A DNA stretch of 64,000 nt from NCBI GenBank assembly GCA_963755915.1, contig CAVWLP010000002.1, positions 2,528,001 to 2,592,000 on the forward strand. Reading direction: 5' to 3'. Of this stretch, positions 21,277 through 32,212 are shown piece after piece. The DNA is from an uncultured Phycisphaerales bacterium (GTDB lineage: Bacteria; Planctomycetota; Phycisphaerae; Tepidisphaerales; Tepidisphaeraceae). The translations under genes were made by a program, and so were the position numbers. Positions within the stretch are counted from its first letter, which is position 1; every line of letters begins with the position of its first letter. The notes under the pieces were generated by a model. That model worked only from the letters and a program-made list of their open reading frames with translations. It was not told the DNA's origin and did no database searches.

Positions 21277-22133
21277 GATTCGCCTGGATCAAAGAACATT
21301 GGGACCCGTTCGATCTGGCCGCATTGTGCGATGCGCTGGAAGTCAGCCGCAGCGGGTATTACGCCTGGCTGAAACGTCCAGCCAGCCCGCGGCACAAGCG
21401 CCGGGAAGAGCTGACTGAGAAGATCCGCGAGGTTCATGAGGAGAGTCGCTATACCTACGGCAGCCCGCGGGTGCACGCGGAGCTGGCGGATCGGCAGGTG
21501 AGCGTCTGCGTGAACACGGTGGCGCGTCTGATGAAACAGGCCGGATTGCAATCGCGGATTCGCCGGCGATTCGTCGTCCATACCACCGATTCGAATCACG
21601 ATGAGCCGGTCGCGGCCAATGTGCTGGACCGCCAGTTCGCAACTGAGGCGCCCAACCGCAAGTGGTGCTGCGACATCACCTACGTTCCGACGGATGAAGG
21701 ATTCCTATACCTGGCGGCCGTGATCGACCTGTGCAGTCGGAAAATAGTCGGCTGGTCGATGGCCGATCATCTGCGAAGTGAGCTGTGTCTGGAAGCGATA
21801 TCGATGGCGCTGACACATCGCCGACCGGAGCGAGGTTTGCTGCACCACTCCGATCGCGGTGTCCAATACGCCTGCGAGACTTATCGACAGATGCTGGCGG
21901 AGCATGGGATGGAGCGGAGCATGAGCCGCACCGGCAATTGCTACGACAACGCGGTGATGGAGAGCTTTTTCAGCACGCTGAAGACGGAGCTCATTTATCA
22001 CGAGCACTACGCAACGCAAGCGGAGGCTCGGCGTTCGATCTTTGAGTACATTGAAGTGTTTTACAATCGCCAGAGACGTCACTCGGCGATAGGCTACCAA
22101 AGCCCCGAAGCGTTCGAGGCCAGCCTGAACTGA
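21273..22133 (+). CDS. IS3 transposase OrfB (DDE integrase core)
   Basis: WCCDITYV, LHHSDRGVQY, GNCYDNAVMESFFSTLKTE, YNRQRRHS. ATGA overlap with the OrfA stop. Confidence 0.95.
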   Translation: MRFAWIKEHWDPFDLAALCDALEVSRSGYYAWLKRPASPRHKRREELTEKIREVHEESRYTYGSPRVHAELADRQVSVCVNTVARLMKQAGLQSRIRRRFVVHTTDSNHDEPVAANVLDRQFATEAPNRKWCCDITYVPTDEGFLYLAAVIDLCSRKIVGWSMADHLRSELCLEAISMALTHRRPERGLLHHSDRGVQYACETYRQMLAEHGMERSMSRTGNCYDNAVMESFFSTLKTELIYHEHYATQAEARRSIFEYIEVFYNRQRRHSAIGYQSPEAFEASLN

Positions 22134-22248
22134 CGATTTGGCCGCGCCCACCGAACGTGGGGAAGGTCACAGATGAATTGAATTGAAATCTGATTTTTTA
22201 TCTGATTTTGATCTGTGGCGATTTTCTCTTTGCTTGGGGCTTTTTCGG

Positions 22249-23724
22249 TTAAACGCCGGCCATTAGGCGGAGGACGCGGTCCTGGTTCAGGTCGTGGCGG
22301 TTTAGTTGGCCTACGAGGCGGCCTTGGCGCATGACGAGGACTCTGGTGGAGAGATTCAAGAGTTCGGGGAGCTCGGAGGAGATGAGCATGATGGCGATGC
22401 CCTGGGCGGCGAGGTCGTCGATGAGGCCGTGGATGGCGGCTTTGGCGCCGATGTCTACGCCGCGGGTGGGTTCGTCGATGATGAGGATTCGGGCGTCTCT
22501 GCCGAGCCATTTGGCGAGGGCGACCTTTTGCTGGTTTCCGCCGCTGAGGCCGGCGACGGGGGCTTCGAGGGATGGGGTGCGGACGCGGAGCTTTTCGAAA
22601 TAGACGCGCGCACTTTGGCGCTCGGCCTTTTGGTTGAGGATGCCGAAGCGTCTAAAGCGGCGGAGCATGGCGAGGGAGAAGTTTTGCCGGCCGCCCATTT
22701 TCAGGACGAGACCCTGGCGTTTTCGGTCTTCGGGGACGAGGGCGATTCCGCGGCGCATGGCCTGGCGGATGTCGCCGGTAGGGAGGGGTTTGGAATCGAC
22801 GAGGATTTCTCCGGTGGCCTGGCGGTCGAGGCCGAAAACTGCCTTGGCGATCTCGCTGCGGCCGGCGCCGACGAGTCCGGCGAAGCCGACGATTTCACCG
22901 GCTTTGATGTCGAAGGTGACGTCTCTGAATCGGCCGGGGGAGGAGAGATTTTGCACGGAGAGGATCACGTCGCCGGGGGTTTTTTCGAGATGGTGGGGGA
23001 AATAGGCGGCGATGCTTCGGCCAATCATGTGCTTGACGATGGAATCGGGTGTGGCTTCGGTGCGGTCGAAGGTGCCGACGTGTTTGCCGTCGCGGAGGAC
23101 GGTGATGCGGTCGCAGAGACGGAAGACTTCGGGCATGCGGTGGGAGACGTAGATCATGGTGACGCCGCGGGATTTGAGGCTCGATGAGTGCGAAGAGGTT
23201 TTCGGCATCCGGCTCGGCGAGGGAACTGGTGGGCTCGTCGAAGACGAGGATTCGCGCGCCGGTGCCGACGGCGGAGGCGATCTGCACGAGCTGCTCCTGG
23301 GCAGTGGAGAGGGTGCGCATGGTCTGGCGGACGTTGAGATTCACACCGATGTCGGCGAGCAGTTTCGCGGCGCGTTTTTCCATTTCCGGGCGGTTGATGA
23401 GGAAGCCGAATCGGCGGGGGTAGCTACCCATGCAGAGGTTTTCGGCGACGGAGAGGTCGGGGCAGAAGGCGAGCTCCTGGTGAACCATTCCGATGCCGGC
23501 GGCGCGGGCGTCGGCGGGGGAGCCGAAGGATTTGGGCTGGCCGTCGATGAGGATTTGGCCGGAGTCTCGCGGTAGATGCCGGCGAGGATTTTTCCGCAGG
23601 TGGATTTTCCGGCGCCGTTTTCGCCCATGAGTCCGTGGCAATGGCGGGGGGAGATGGAGAAGGAGACGTTGTCGAGTGCGGTGACGCCGGCGAAGGTTTT
23701 GGTGATGTTGCGGTATTCGATCAT
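22249..23724 (-). CDS. Sugar ABC transporter ATP-binding protein (RbsA-like; frameshifts at ~23570 and ~23185)
   Basis: [53 protein letters not shown] spread over three frames. Confidence 0.9.
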
Positions 23725-23943
23725 GGGGGGATGGGTGATGGAGGATTTTTGTTTTGATCGATGAGTATAGTTCAGCGCGGCGGGAGCTGCGTGTCAAGGA
23801 GGGGGAGGGTGAGAAAGGTGTGAAAGGGGAGTGACGGGGAAACGAAAGGAATCGACGGGGAAGGGGAAGACCGGGGGGTGGAAAATTGGGATGGTTTGGG
23901 GGAATTGGAGTTGGTTTTTTGGCTTGGGTAAACTGCGCGCGAA

Positions 23944-24015
23944 CCCCCTCCCCCAACCCTCCCCCGGAGGACTGCGTCCCGCTTACCGGGGGCGGGGGGA
24001 ATGGGCGAGGGGAGG
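23944..24015. repeat. REP-like element (CCCTCCCCC...GGGGGCGGGGG)
   Basis: ccccctcccccaaccctcccccggagg...ccgggggcggggggaatgggcgaggggagg, similar to 18076-18151. Confidence 0.55.
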
Positions 24016-24040
24016 ACGCGTTGAACGTAGTGAGGCGACA

Positions 24041-26465
24041 ATGGTTGAGCTGAGCGGATTGAGGAGCTGGGTTTTGGCGGTCTTGATTGTTGGAGGGTCG
24101 TGCGCGGTAAGTTTTGGTATGGATCCGGGGACAACGCTTTGGTATCCGCGGGAGGCGGCGGTTTGGGTGGAGGCGCTGCCGGTGGGGAATGGGCGGCTGG
24201 GGGGGATGGATTATGGGGGCGTGGGTAGAGAACGGCTGCAATTGAATGAGGATAATGTCTGGTCCGGGGGGCCGTACGATCCGGCGAATCCGGCGGCGTT
24301 TGCGGCGTATGCGAAGGCGCGGCCGCTGATTATGGCGGGGAAGGGGCAGGAGGCGGCGGATTTGCTCAAGGTCGATGGGCTGGGGAATCCGCATTCGCAG
24401 GCGGCGTATCAGACGATTGGGGAATTGGATCTGGATTTTGGGAATGTGACGGCCACTGCGTACAGGCGCGAGCTGGATCTAACGCGCGCGGTGGAAACGG
24501 TTTCGTATCGGGTGGGGGATGTGGCGTTTACGCGGGAGCTTTTTTCCTCGGCGGCGGACCAGGTTTTGGTGATGAGGGTTTCGGGGGATCGGGCGGGAAG
24601 CGTGGCGTTCACGGCGACGTTTGATACGCCTTATCGGGATCGGGAAGTTTTGGCGCAGGAGAATGAATTGATTCTCGACGGGCAGTCGGGGCATTTTGGG
24701 GATATTCCGGGGCAGGTGAAACATGAGACGATCGTCAGTTTTTCGAACGATGGGGGGACGGTTTCGGGGAATGGGGAGTCGATGACCGTCAGTGGGGCGA
24801 ATTCGGTGACCCTGGTGATCGCGATCCGCACGAATTATGTGAATTATCATGATCTGTCGGCCGATCCCGACGCCCTGGCGCAAGGACCTGGGCGCGGTCG
24901 AGGGGAAGGGGTTTGAGGAGTTACTGAAGGATCATCTGGATTCTTATCAGCCGTTTTTTGATCGGGTGCACATCGATCTGGGGAGCTCACCGGCGGGGCA
25001 GTTGCCGACGGATGAGCGGGTGAAGCATTTTGCCGAGGGACATGATCCGGCGCTGGCGGCGCTGGAGTTTCAGTATGGGAGATATCTGCTGATCAGCTCT
25101 TCGCGGGCGGGGAGTCAGCCGGCGGGGTTGCAGGGGCTTTGGAATGATTCGATGAATCCGCCTTGGGGCGGCAAATATACGGTCAATATCAATACGGAGA
25201 TGAATTACTGGCCGGCGGAGAAGACGAATTTATCGGAGTGCGTGGAGCCGCTGTTTGGGATGATCAGGGATGTTTCGGTTACCGGGCAGAAGACGGCGGC
25301 GGTGATGTATCACGCGCCGGGGTGGGTGCTGCATCACAATACGGACGGGTGGAGGGCGACGGCGCCGATTGATTTTGCAAACGTCGGCATCTGGCCGACG
25401 GGCGGCGCGTGGCTGCTGACGAACGTCTGGCAACATTATTTGTATACGGGGGATTTGGCGACGCTGAAGGAGTTTTATCCGATTTATCGCGGGGCGTGTG
25501 AATTTTTCCTGGCGACGCTGGTGAAAGAGCCGGTGCATGGGTGGCTGGTGACTTGCCCCAGCGTTTCGCCGGAACATGGCGGGCTGGTCGCGGGGCCTAC
25601 GATGGATGAGAGCATTCTGCGGGACCTGTTTCAGCAGACGGCGGATATTTCGCAGGTGCTGGGGGTGGATGCGGATTTTCGGGAGAAGGTTCTGGCGGCG
25701 AGGGAGGAGTTGGCGCCGTTTCAGATCGGGAAGTATGGGCAGCTTCAGGAGTGGCTGCAGGATATCGATCGCGAGTTCGATTCGCATCGGCACGAGTCGC
25801 ATCTGTACGGCATGTTTCCCAGCAACCAGATAACGGTGGAGGATCCGCGTCTGTTTGCGGCGGCGAAGAAATCGCTCGTCGGCAGGGGGGATGGGGCGAC
25901 GGGGTGGTCGCTCGCTTGGAAATTGAATCTGTGGGCGCGGGCGCTGGATGGGAATCATGCGTATCTGCTGCTGACGCATTTGCTGAGTGAGCCCGAGGGA
26001 GATTTGCCGAAGGGGTATGTTGCGCCCGTCGATCCGAAGACGGGGAAGCCTGGGAAGTTGCCGGAGAGGAGAGGGGGGACGTATCCGAATTTGTTTGATG
26101 CGCATCCGCCGTTCCAGATCGACGGGAATTTCGGGGCGACGAGCGGGATCACGGAGATGCTGATGCAGAGTCATGAGGGGTTCATTCGGGTATTGCCGGC
26201 GTTGCCGGATGCGTGGCCGCGGGGGCATGTGGATGGGCTGGTGGCGCGCGGAGGGTTTGTGATGGGGATTGATTGGGAGGGGGGGAAGTTGGTGAGCGCG
26301 ACGGTGGAGTCGAGGCTGGGGAAGGAGTGTCGGATTTATTCGGCCGCGGGAGTGAAGGTTGTGGATTCAAATGGCAGCGTGGTGGGGACGGAGAAGAGCG
26401 GGGAGGGCGTGTATTCGTTTGGGACGGCTGTTGGGGGGCGGTATGTGATCAGTGAAGGGGAATGA
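24041..26465 (+). CDS. GH95 alpha-L-fucosidase-family glycoside hydrolase (frameshift at ~24880)
   Basis: Signal peptide, EALPVGNGRLG, LQLNEDNVWSG, FQYGRYLLISSSR, YTVNINTEMNYW, GQLQEW, HRHESHLYG, DAHPPFQIDGNFG. Confidence 0.93.
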
Positions 26466-28503
26466 TGGTGATCGGTGGCTGAGATTTTCGCGTGGACGGT
26501 TGGGACTGAACGACGATGGGGCGCGGCGATGTTTCCACGGGCGTGAGGGTCAGGACGGTGATGGTGTCGGGGGGCATTTGCCAGGTGAAATTTGGGGTGA
26601 GGCGGGTGAATGAGTTGACGGGGATGATGTGCCTGGGGTTGGTGATGGAATTGGTGTCGGTGGGGGCGGCGGTCATGGATTCGACCGGGGTAACGGGGGT
26701 CAGGTAGTAGACGCCGGCGAGGTGGATTTCGAGGAGCTGGGATGTTGGGGTGGGGTTGATGAGTTTCAAATAGATTTGTCCGGTGGAGTCGTCCTGGGTG
26801 GCGGAGGATTGGATGGGGGTGTCTGTTGATCTGACAGCGAGGCGCTGGTTGCCGAGGTTGGTGCTGAAGAGTTTGAAGGCGTAGTAGCTGGGCGAGCCGA
26901 AGGCGTGCAGGGCGTTAAAGCCGATGAAGTCGGGACGCCATTGCCAGGCGCCGGGGTTGACGTTGACGAAGAGGGGCGCGTAGCAGTTCATGACGACGAG
27001 GTTGGCGTTGCGTTCCATGGCGGCCATCCAGGCGGCGTCGCCGAGGGCGCATTGGAAGTCAGCGGTGGGGGCCATGTTGTGGGCGGCGGGATTCCAGGGG
27101 GGAATTTTGGCGTCTTCGAAGGAGGCCCATTCGCCGACGAAAATTTCGGGACGCCTGATGCGCGGATAATTTTCGTAATACGTGGGGGAGAGGTTTATGA
27201 ATTCATCCGCGGGGCGATAGTAATGCTCATCGACGGCGTCGGGCGTCCGGCTGGTGACCTCGAAACCGGGCCAGACTTCCTTGGGAGCGGTGGAGATGAT
27301 TTTCAGGTTTGGATAGCGGGATTTGATCGCGTCGTAGAACTGGGTGAAGCGGGCGTCGTAGCTGTGAGAGTTGTCGAAGAAGTCTTCATTGCCGATCTCG
27401 ACGTAGTGCAGGGGGAAGGGATTACGGTGGCCGTCGGCGGCGCGGCGCGCGCCCCAGGGAGTGGTGGTGTCGCCGGTGACGTACTGGATTTCGTCCAGGG
27501 CGTCCTGGACGTAGGGCTGGAGGGAAGCGCCGGCGGGAATGTGGTCGCCATGCGGAGAAGAGACGAAGCCCGCGAAGACGGCGAGGACGGGCTGGGCGTT
27601 CATGTCCTGGCACCACTGGAGGAATTCGAGGAGGCCCAGGCCGTCGGACGTGCGGTAGCCCCAGAGGCTCATGTGGCCAGGGCGATTGGCGAGGGGGCCG
27701 ATGGTTTTTTCCCACTGGTAGCGGCCGTCGAGGGTGGCGCCTTCGAGGTAGGCGCCGCCGGGGAAGCGGAGGAATTTGGGGTGGAGGTCGACGAGCATCT
27801 GCATGAGGTCTTTGCGGAAGCCGTTGGGCTGGTTGTGCCAGGTGGGGGGGAAGAGGGAGACGAGATCTAGCCAGAGTTTTGCGGGGCGATCGGTGGTGAT
27901 CGCGAAGCGGGCGAGGGAGGTTGGGGTGAGGTTGGCGGGGGTTTGGAGGTAGACGCGATATTGCGTCCAGGTGGGGGAGATTCCGGTGATGACGGCCGAG
28001 GCGTAGGTGGTTTGGCCGTCGGAGCTTTGGAGGCTGACAGTAATCGGGGCGGAAGAGCCGGGAGCGGATTTGGCGTAGAAAGAGGCGGTGTAGCGTGCCG
28101 CGGGGTAGAGGGGGATTCCCCAGAAGCCGGGGTTGGAGAGGCCGGCGGGGGTTGTGGGGGAAGCTTGGTTGACGGTGAGGCAGAGGGTGGTGGGGAGCTG
28201 GGGATTCAGGGGCTGGGAAGGGTCGAGGGCGATGGTTGCGGAGGAGCCTGGGAGTTTGATGACGGACCAGTCGAGTGGGGTTTGCGGGTCGTCGAGGAAG
28301 GCGCGGTTTCGGATCAGCTCGGCGTAGAGGCCGCCGTCGTAGGAGTGGTTGATTTCTTCGGTCATGAGGCCGTACATCAGCGGACTGACGGGGCCGGCGG
28401 GGTGTGAGGCGTCGATGGTTAGGGTGGGGGAGGAGAATAAAAGCGGGGTGAGGAGGGTTAGGGTGGAGATGAAAGTAGCCAGGAATGTGCGCGGGGTGGG
28501 CAT
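26449..28503 (-). CDS. GH51 alpha-L-arabinofuranosidase
   Basis: Signal peptide, GLMTEEINHSYDGGLYAELI, LRFPGG, YVEIGNED, FVGEWAS, YAPLFVNV. Confidence 0.93.
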   Translation of the reverse strand: MPTPRTFLATFISTLTLLTPLLFSSPTLTIDASHPAGPVSPLMYGLMTEEINHSYDGGLYAELIRNRAFLDDPQTPLDWSVIKLPGSSATIALDPSQPLNPQLPTTLCLTVNQASPTTPAGLSNPGFWGIPLYPAARYTASFYAKSAPGSSAPITVSLQSSDGQTTYASAVITGISPTWTQYRVYLQTPANLTPTSLARFAITTDRPAKLWLDLVSLFPPTWHNQPNGFRKDLMQMLVDLHPKFLRFPGGAYLEGATLDGRYQWEKTIGPLANRPGHMSLWGYRTSDGLGLLEFLQWCQDMNAQPVLAVFAGFVSSPHGDHIPAGASLQPYVQDALDEIQYVTGDTTTPWGARRAADGHRNPFPLHYVEIGNEDFFDNSHSYDARFTQFYDAIKSRYPNLKIISTAPKEVWPGFEVTSRTPDAVDEHYYRPADEFINLSPTYYENYPRIRRPEIFVGEWASFEDAKIPPWNPAAHNMAPTADFQCALGDAAWMAAMERNANLVVMNCYAPLFVNVNPGAWQWRPDFIGFNALHAFGSPSYYAFKLFSTNLGNQRLAVRSTDTPIQSSATQDDSTGQIYLKLINPTPTSQLLEIHLAGVYYLTPVTPVESMTAAPTDTNSITNPRHIIPVNSFTRLTPNFTWQMPPDTITVLTLTPVETSPRPIVVQSQPSTRKSQPPITIIPLH

Positions 28504-28631
28504 GGGGGAATTGGTACGCGATGGGGCGCGGGGGTGCAAGGAAGATTGCCGATTGCCGATTTCCAATTGCCGATTAAAACGCGTTATTTTTGGTCGTAAC
28601 CCGCAACGCGAACCGCTCATGGGTTCCGGCC

Positions 28632-29815
28632 TCAGTTATGCGTGGGCTGCATTTGTGTCCAGGTGGTTCCAGAGGGTAAGCTGGAATCGCTGTTGGGGTT
28701 GTAACCGGCATCGTTGTTCATGAGGATTTCGCCATCCGATCCCTGCCACGCCTGGCTGTAGTCGTTGGGGAGCTTATAAGTCGAGCCATCGCTGGACTGC
28801 CAGGGGCTCACTTCGCGTTGGATGTCGGCCTCGTTCTCGGATTGACGATCGAGATCCGCGGAGTGCGCCAGTAGGACGCGTGCTGCGCGTCATTGGCGGC
28901 CGATTGATTGGCGATCCGCTGCTCGGTGTTGTTGAACCATTGCTGCTGGTTGATTGCCTGCTGGCGCTGGCGGGCCAGGGCCTGCTGGTAGCGCTCCTGG
29001 TTGAGCGCGTTGACACGCTGTAGCCACTGGGGATTGATTTGCAGCGATTGCGCCATCTCCTGGGCGAGCGGGGTGAGGTCATCGAGCTTGCCCTGGGGGG
29101 CGCGGCGGGATGAGGCATAGATCACCTGCCAGTTCACCACGCCATTTGGATTGCTCACGCGTGATTCCGACGCCTGCATGACGCCCATGAGCGATTCATC
29201 CACAACCTGGCCGTTCAGCGTGTACTCGAATACTTCGCGGCCGGCGGCCACTTCGAAGGCGGTGTTCGGATCGACATTGATTTCGTCATAGATTTTTTTC
29301 GAAATGTCGGGAAGTTTTTCCTGCTTGATGACAGTCGCCTGCTGAAGATCGGTGCGAAAATACTGCAGGATGGCCGTGTCGAAGGCCTTGAACGCATCGC
29401 TGGGCGTCGGCTCGACGATGAAGCCGGCGAAGACCTGCCCTGGGCTGACATTGAATCGCCCCATCGCGACGGCCTGGCTCCAACTGAAGCTGAGAGACGG
29501 ATATAAGTCGAAGGCCCGGACATCCTGTGCATCGCCCCAGTGAATGCGAAACAGTTGCGGAGTGGCGAGGTTCGGCCGCCAGAGCACGCCTCCTTTGACG
29601 ACCCAGTCCGCCGGCATGACGCCGTGAAAGACTTCCATATCAGCAAAGCCCTGAACGTCGTTGATGGAGAATCGCTTCAGCCGCATCACGGATGGCTGCG
29701 AGGTTGGAGCGGATTGCGCATCGGCGCGGGACTGATTCTGAGCGATCGAGATCGTGAGGATGATGGCGACGCAGATGCCGTTTAGAGTGCGGATCATGGG
29801 AGGCTCCAGTTTCAA
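28632..29815 (-). CDS. Hypothetical secreted protein (frameshift at ~28870)
   Basis: Signal peptide and Q-rich helical region. The alternative frame continues DLDRQSENEADIQREVSPW...WTQMQPTHN* to 28632. Confidence 0.65.
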
Positions 29816-29908
29816 CGGTTTTGCGAGGACGTGGCGGCTAACGGGGATGCACTTTAGCGATCGGGTTTGGGAAGAGCAAAGATTCGAACAGATTCAAGCT
29901 CAGGATTT

Positions 29909-30670
29909 CTAAGTCGCTGCCGGCGCATCGTGGCGGTACATCAGGATCTTGACGTATTCCATCGTAATCATCCCCTCCTGCACCATCGTCTCCAGGTGGG
30001 GCAGAAGGGTTTTGATTTTTTCTTCGCTGTCGACGATTTCGATGACGATGGGGAGGTCGGTGGACATTTCCAAAAGTCCGGCGCGATGGATCACCGAGCG
30101 GGCGCCGAAGCCCTGGGAGCCGCGGAGGACGGTGGCGCCGGCTAGGCCAAGCTCGCGGACTTTCTGGACGATTGTTTCGTGGAGCGGCTTGCCCTGGAAT
30201 TTGTCGGAGTCGCCGATGAAAACGCGGAGGAGTACGCCATTGTCCTGGATTGTCATGTGAGGTCCTGGTTGGAGCGGGGGCAGCGTCGATAGGGGCTTGA
30301 GCATGGCGCTGAGGCGCAGGGTATTGGGCTGATCGTGGGCACGCTGGCGGTACATCATGACGGCGGCGCGCTCGAGGGTGAGCATTCCGCCGACCATGAG
30401 ATGGTCGAGCGTGTTGCGGATGAAGGCGGCGATTTTTTCGGGGGTGTCGACGATTTCTATGATGATCGGTTCGTGCTGGACCACGGACCACGTACTGGAG
30501 TGAATCAAGCCGTGGAATCCGAAGCCGAGGATGCCGCGGAGGATGGTGGTGCCGGCGAGCTTTTCCGAGCGGGCGGCTTTGAGGATTCGCTGAAAGGTGG
30601 GCAGATGCGGGGCGCGGTCGGCGCTCTGGAGGTAGATGCGGAGGAGGATTTGTTCGCCCAGCAGGCTCAT
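29909..30670 (-). CDS. Tandem DUF190 (PII-like) domain protein
   Basis: Two LLR(I/V)(Y/F)...LAG(T/A)T(I/V)LRG..GFG...PI(I/V)IEIVD..EKI units. Directly downstream of crcB. Confidence 0.9.
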   Translation of the reverse strand: MSLLGEQILLRIYLQSADRAPHLPTFQRILKAARSEKLAGTTILRGILGFGFHGLIHSSTWSVVQHEPIIIEIVDTPEKIAAFIRNTLDHLMVGGMLTLERAAVMMYRQRAHDQPNTLRLSAMLKPLSTLPPLQPGPHMTIQDNGVLLRVFIGDSDKFQGKPLHETIVQKVRELGLAGATVLRGSQGFGARSVIHRAGLLEMSTDLPIVIEIVDSEEKIKTLLPHLETMVQEGMITMEYVKILMYRHDAPAAT

Positions 30671-30672
30671 TT

Positions 30673-31053
30673 TCAGTTTCCGCGGGCCATCATGATACCG
30701 AGTCTGACGGCCAGTAGTCCTACGACCAGGCTGCCGATGAGGTTTAGCATGGCGAGGTATCCGGCGCCTTCTTCGAGAAGGCGGTTGGATTCGAACATGT
30801 AGGTGGAGAAGGTGGTGTAAGCGCCGACGAAGCCCACGCCGATGGCGAGGCGGGTGGTGTCGGAGATGTTGTGGCGGGTGACGAAGGTGAGGAACCAGCC
30901 GAGGAACATGGAGCCGGTGATGTTGATGATGAAGGTGCCGAGGGGGAAGCGAAAGTTGAAGCGGCTGATTTGAGTCGCCAGGACGTAGCGGAGGACGGCG
31001 CCGGCGGAGCCTGCGAGTGCAATCGCGAGATAGCGGATGAGGGTTTCGTACAT
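30673..31053 (-). CDS. crcB: Fluoride channel CrcB/FluC
   Basis: GAVLRY, FPLGTFIINITGS, GFVGAYTTFST motifs. Confidence 0.95.
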   Translation of the reverse strand: MYETLIRYLAIALAGSAGAVLRYVLATQISRFNFRFPLGTFIINITGSMFLGWFLTFVTRHNISDTTRLAIGVGFVGAYTTFSTYMFESNRLLEEGAGYLAMLNLIGSLVVGLLAVRLGIMMARGN

Positions 31054-31142
31054 AGGTGTCCTTATTTTACGAAAACGCCCCGACAAGCTGGGGTGCTCGG
31101 CAGGGCAGGTTGGTCAAAAGCTCCTGGCGGACGGCACGCCCG

Positions 31143-31198
31143 ACAGGAGTCATTGTTCCCGGGGGGAAGCGGGACGGTTATGGCGGACTCCACCGCCT
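31143..31198 (-). ncRNA. Fluoride (crcB) riboswitch
   Basis: Minus strand GGCGGTGGAGTCCGCC-ATAACCG...AATGACTCCTG: P1 GGCGG/CCGCC and pseudoknot GGAGT/ACTCC. About 90 bp upstream of crcB. Confidence 0.9.
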
Positions 31199-31293
31199 GG
31201 AATTTTTGTTGGATTATGGGGGATAAGGGGGAAATGTCCATAGCAATGCCGAATGCCGAATGAAGAGGTGAGAAGGTGTGAAAGAGGGGCGAA

Positions 31294-32063
31294 TCAATAT
31301 CGGGAGTAGGAGAAGACGGCGGTGACTTTGTCGTGGCGGGATTGGATTATCAGGACGCCAGCGCCCTGGAAGAGAAGGGGAGGGGCGTGGATGGGGGCCA
31401 GTTCGGGATTGTAGTAGCGCCATTCGACATTGGGTGGGGCGGCGCCGGCGGGTTTGGAAATCAACTCCGTGGGTGGGCCTAACTCATGATCGAGATCCTG
31501 GACGGTCTGTCCCAGGTGGATTCGCTCGGGGTCGTAGCGGGCAACGATGGAACTGTAGGAGGGCTCCTGGGTGAGATCGGCGACGGCGAAGGGAAAGAGA
31601 AGGGCACCCGCGTAGGGGACGAAGAAAGTCATTTCGCCGGCCCAGGCGACGTAGAGAAGGGGGTTGTGATTGGGCGGGAAAGAGCGGCAGTCTGGTTGCT
31701 GTAGCGTCGCGTGGAGATCTTCGAGGCAAGTCATGGACCAGTCGGCGGGATCGGGCTGGGGCGTCGAAGGGCGGGTGGATTGGCAGTTGCAGGTTGGCCG
31801 TGCGGTGATTTTCCAGAGCGTGGCGTTGCGGTAGATGAAGTAGTAGGGGTGCTCGGCGGAGCCGACGCTGTACAGCCGTGCTTCATAGACGGCGTCGGGA
31901 AGTTGGGCGCGGAAAAGAATTGGCCGGGTTGGCCGATGGCTTGTATAACGGTTTTGGCGGGGGTTCCGCGCTGGAGCCGGGCGGCGGTTGCGCTGTCAAC
32001 GGCGCAGGCGGCAAGGGGGAGGGTCAGGATGCAGAGGAGGATATGGGTAGCCGCGGGACGCAT
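31294..32063 (-). CDS. Hypothetical lipoprotein (broken into several frames)
   Basis: Lipobox LAAC after a hydrophobic leader. Two SmpA/BamE-like 'G.T...V...(L/I)G.P' segments in ORFs 31731..32063 and 31294..31734. Confidence 0.5.
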
Positions 32064-32141
32064 TTGTTAGTGAATACTATCTTACAAATGCGGAAGCGTC
32101 AAGGGGGGAATTGGGCGAGGGCTGGAGGCTCTGGGCGTAGC

Positions 32142-32162
32142 AGATGCAATTGAGTTGCATCT
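32142..32162. promoter_or_regulatory. Candidate Zur operator AGATGCAA-N5-TTGCATCT
   Basis: Perfect 8-bp-arm palindrome ~50 bp upstream of the Zn ABC solute-binding gene. A Fur-family gene lies in the same cluster. Confidence 0.7.
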
Positions 32163-32212
32163 TTAAAAGATCGAGGCTATGCTTCGATGGTCAACTTTCA
32201 AAGGACAAGGCC

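Larger units (their letters stand above)
20908..22169 (+). mobile_element. IS3-family insertion sequence, 1262 bp
   Basis: TG...CA ends. 30-bp IRs TGACCTTCCCCACGTT(T/C)GGTGGGCGCGGCC. 3-bp target duplication CAG (20905-20907 / 22170-22172). Confidence 0.95.
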
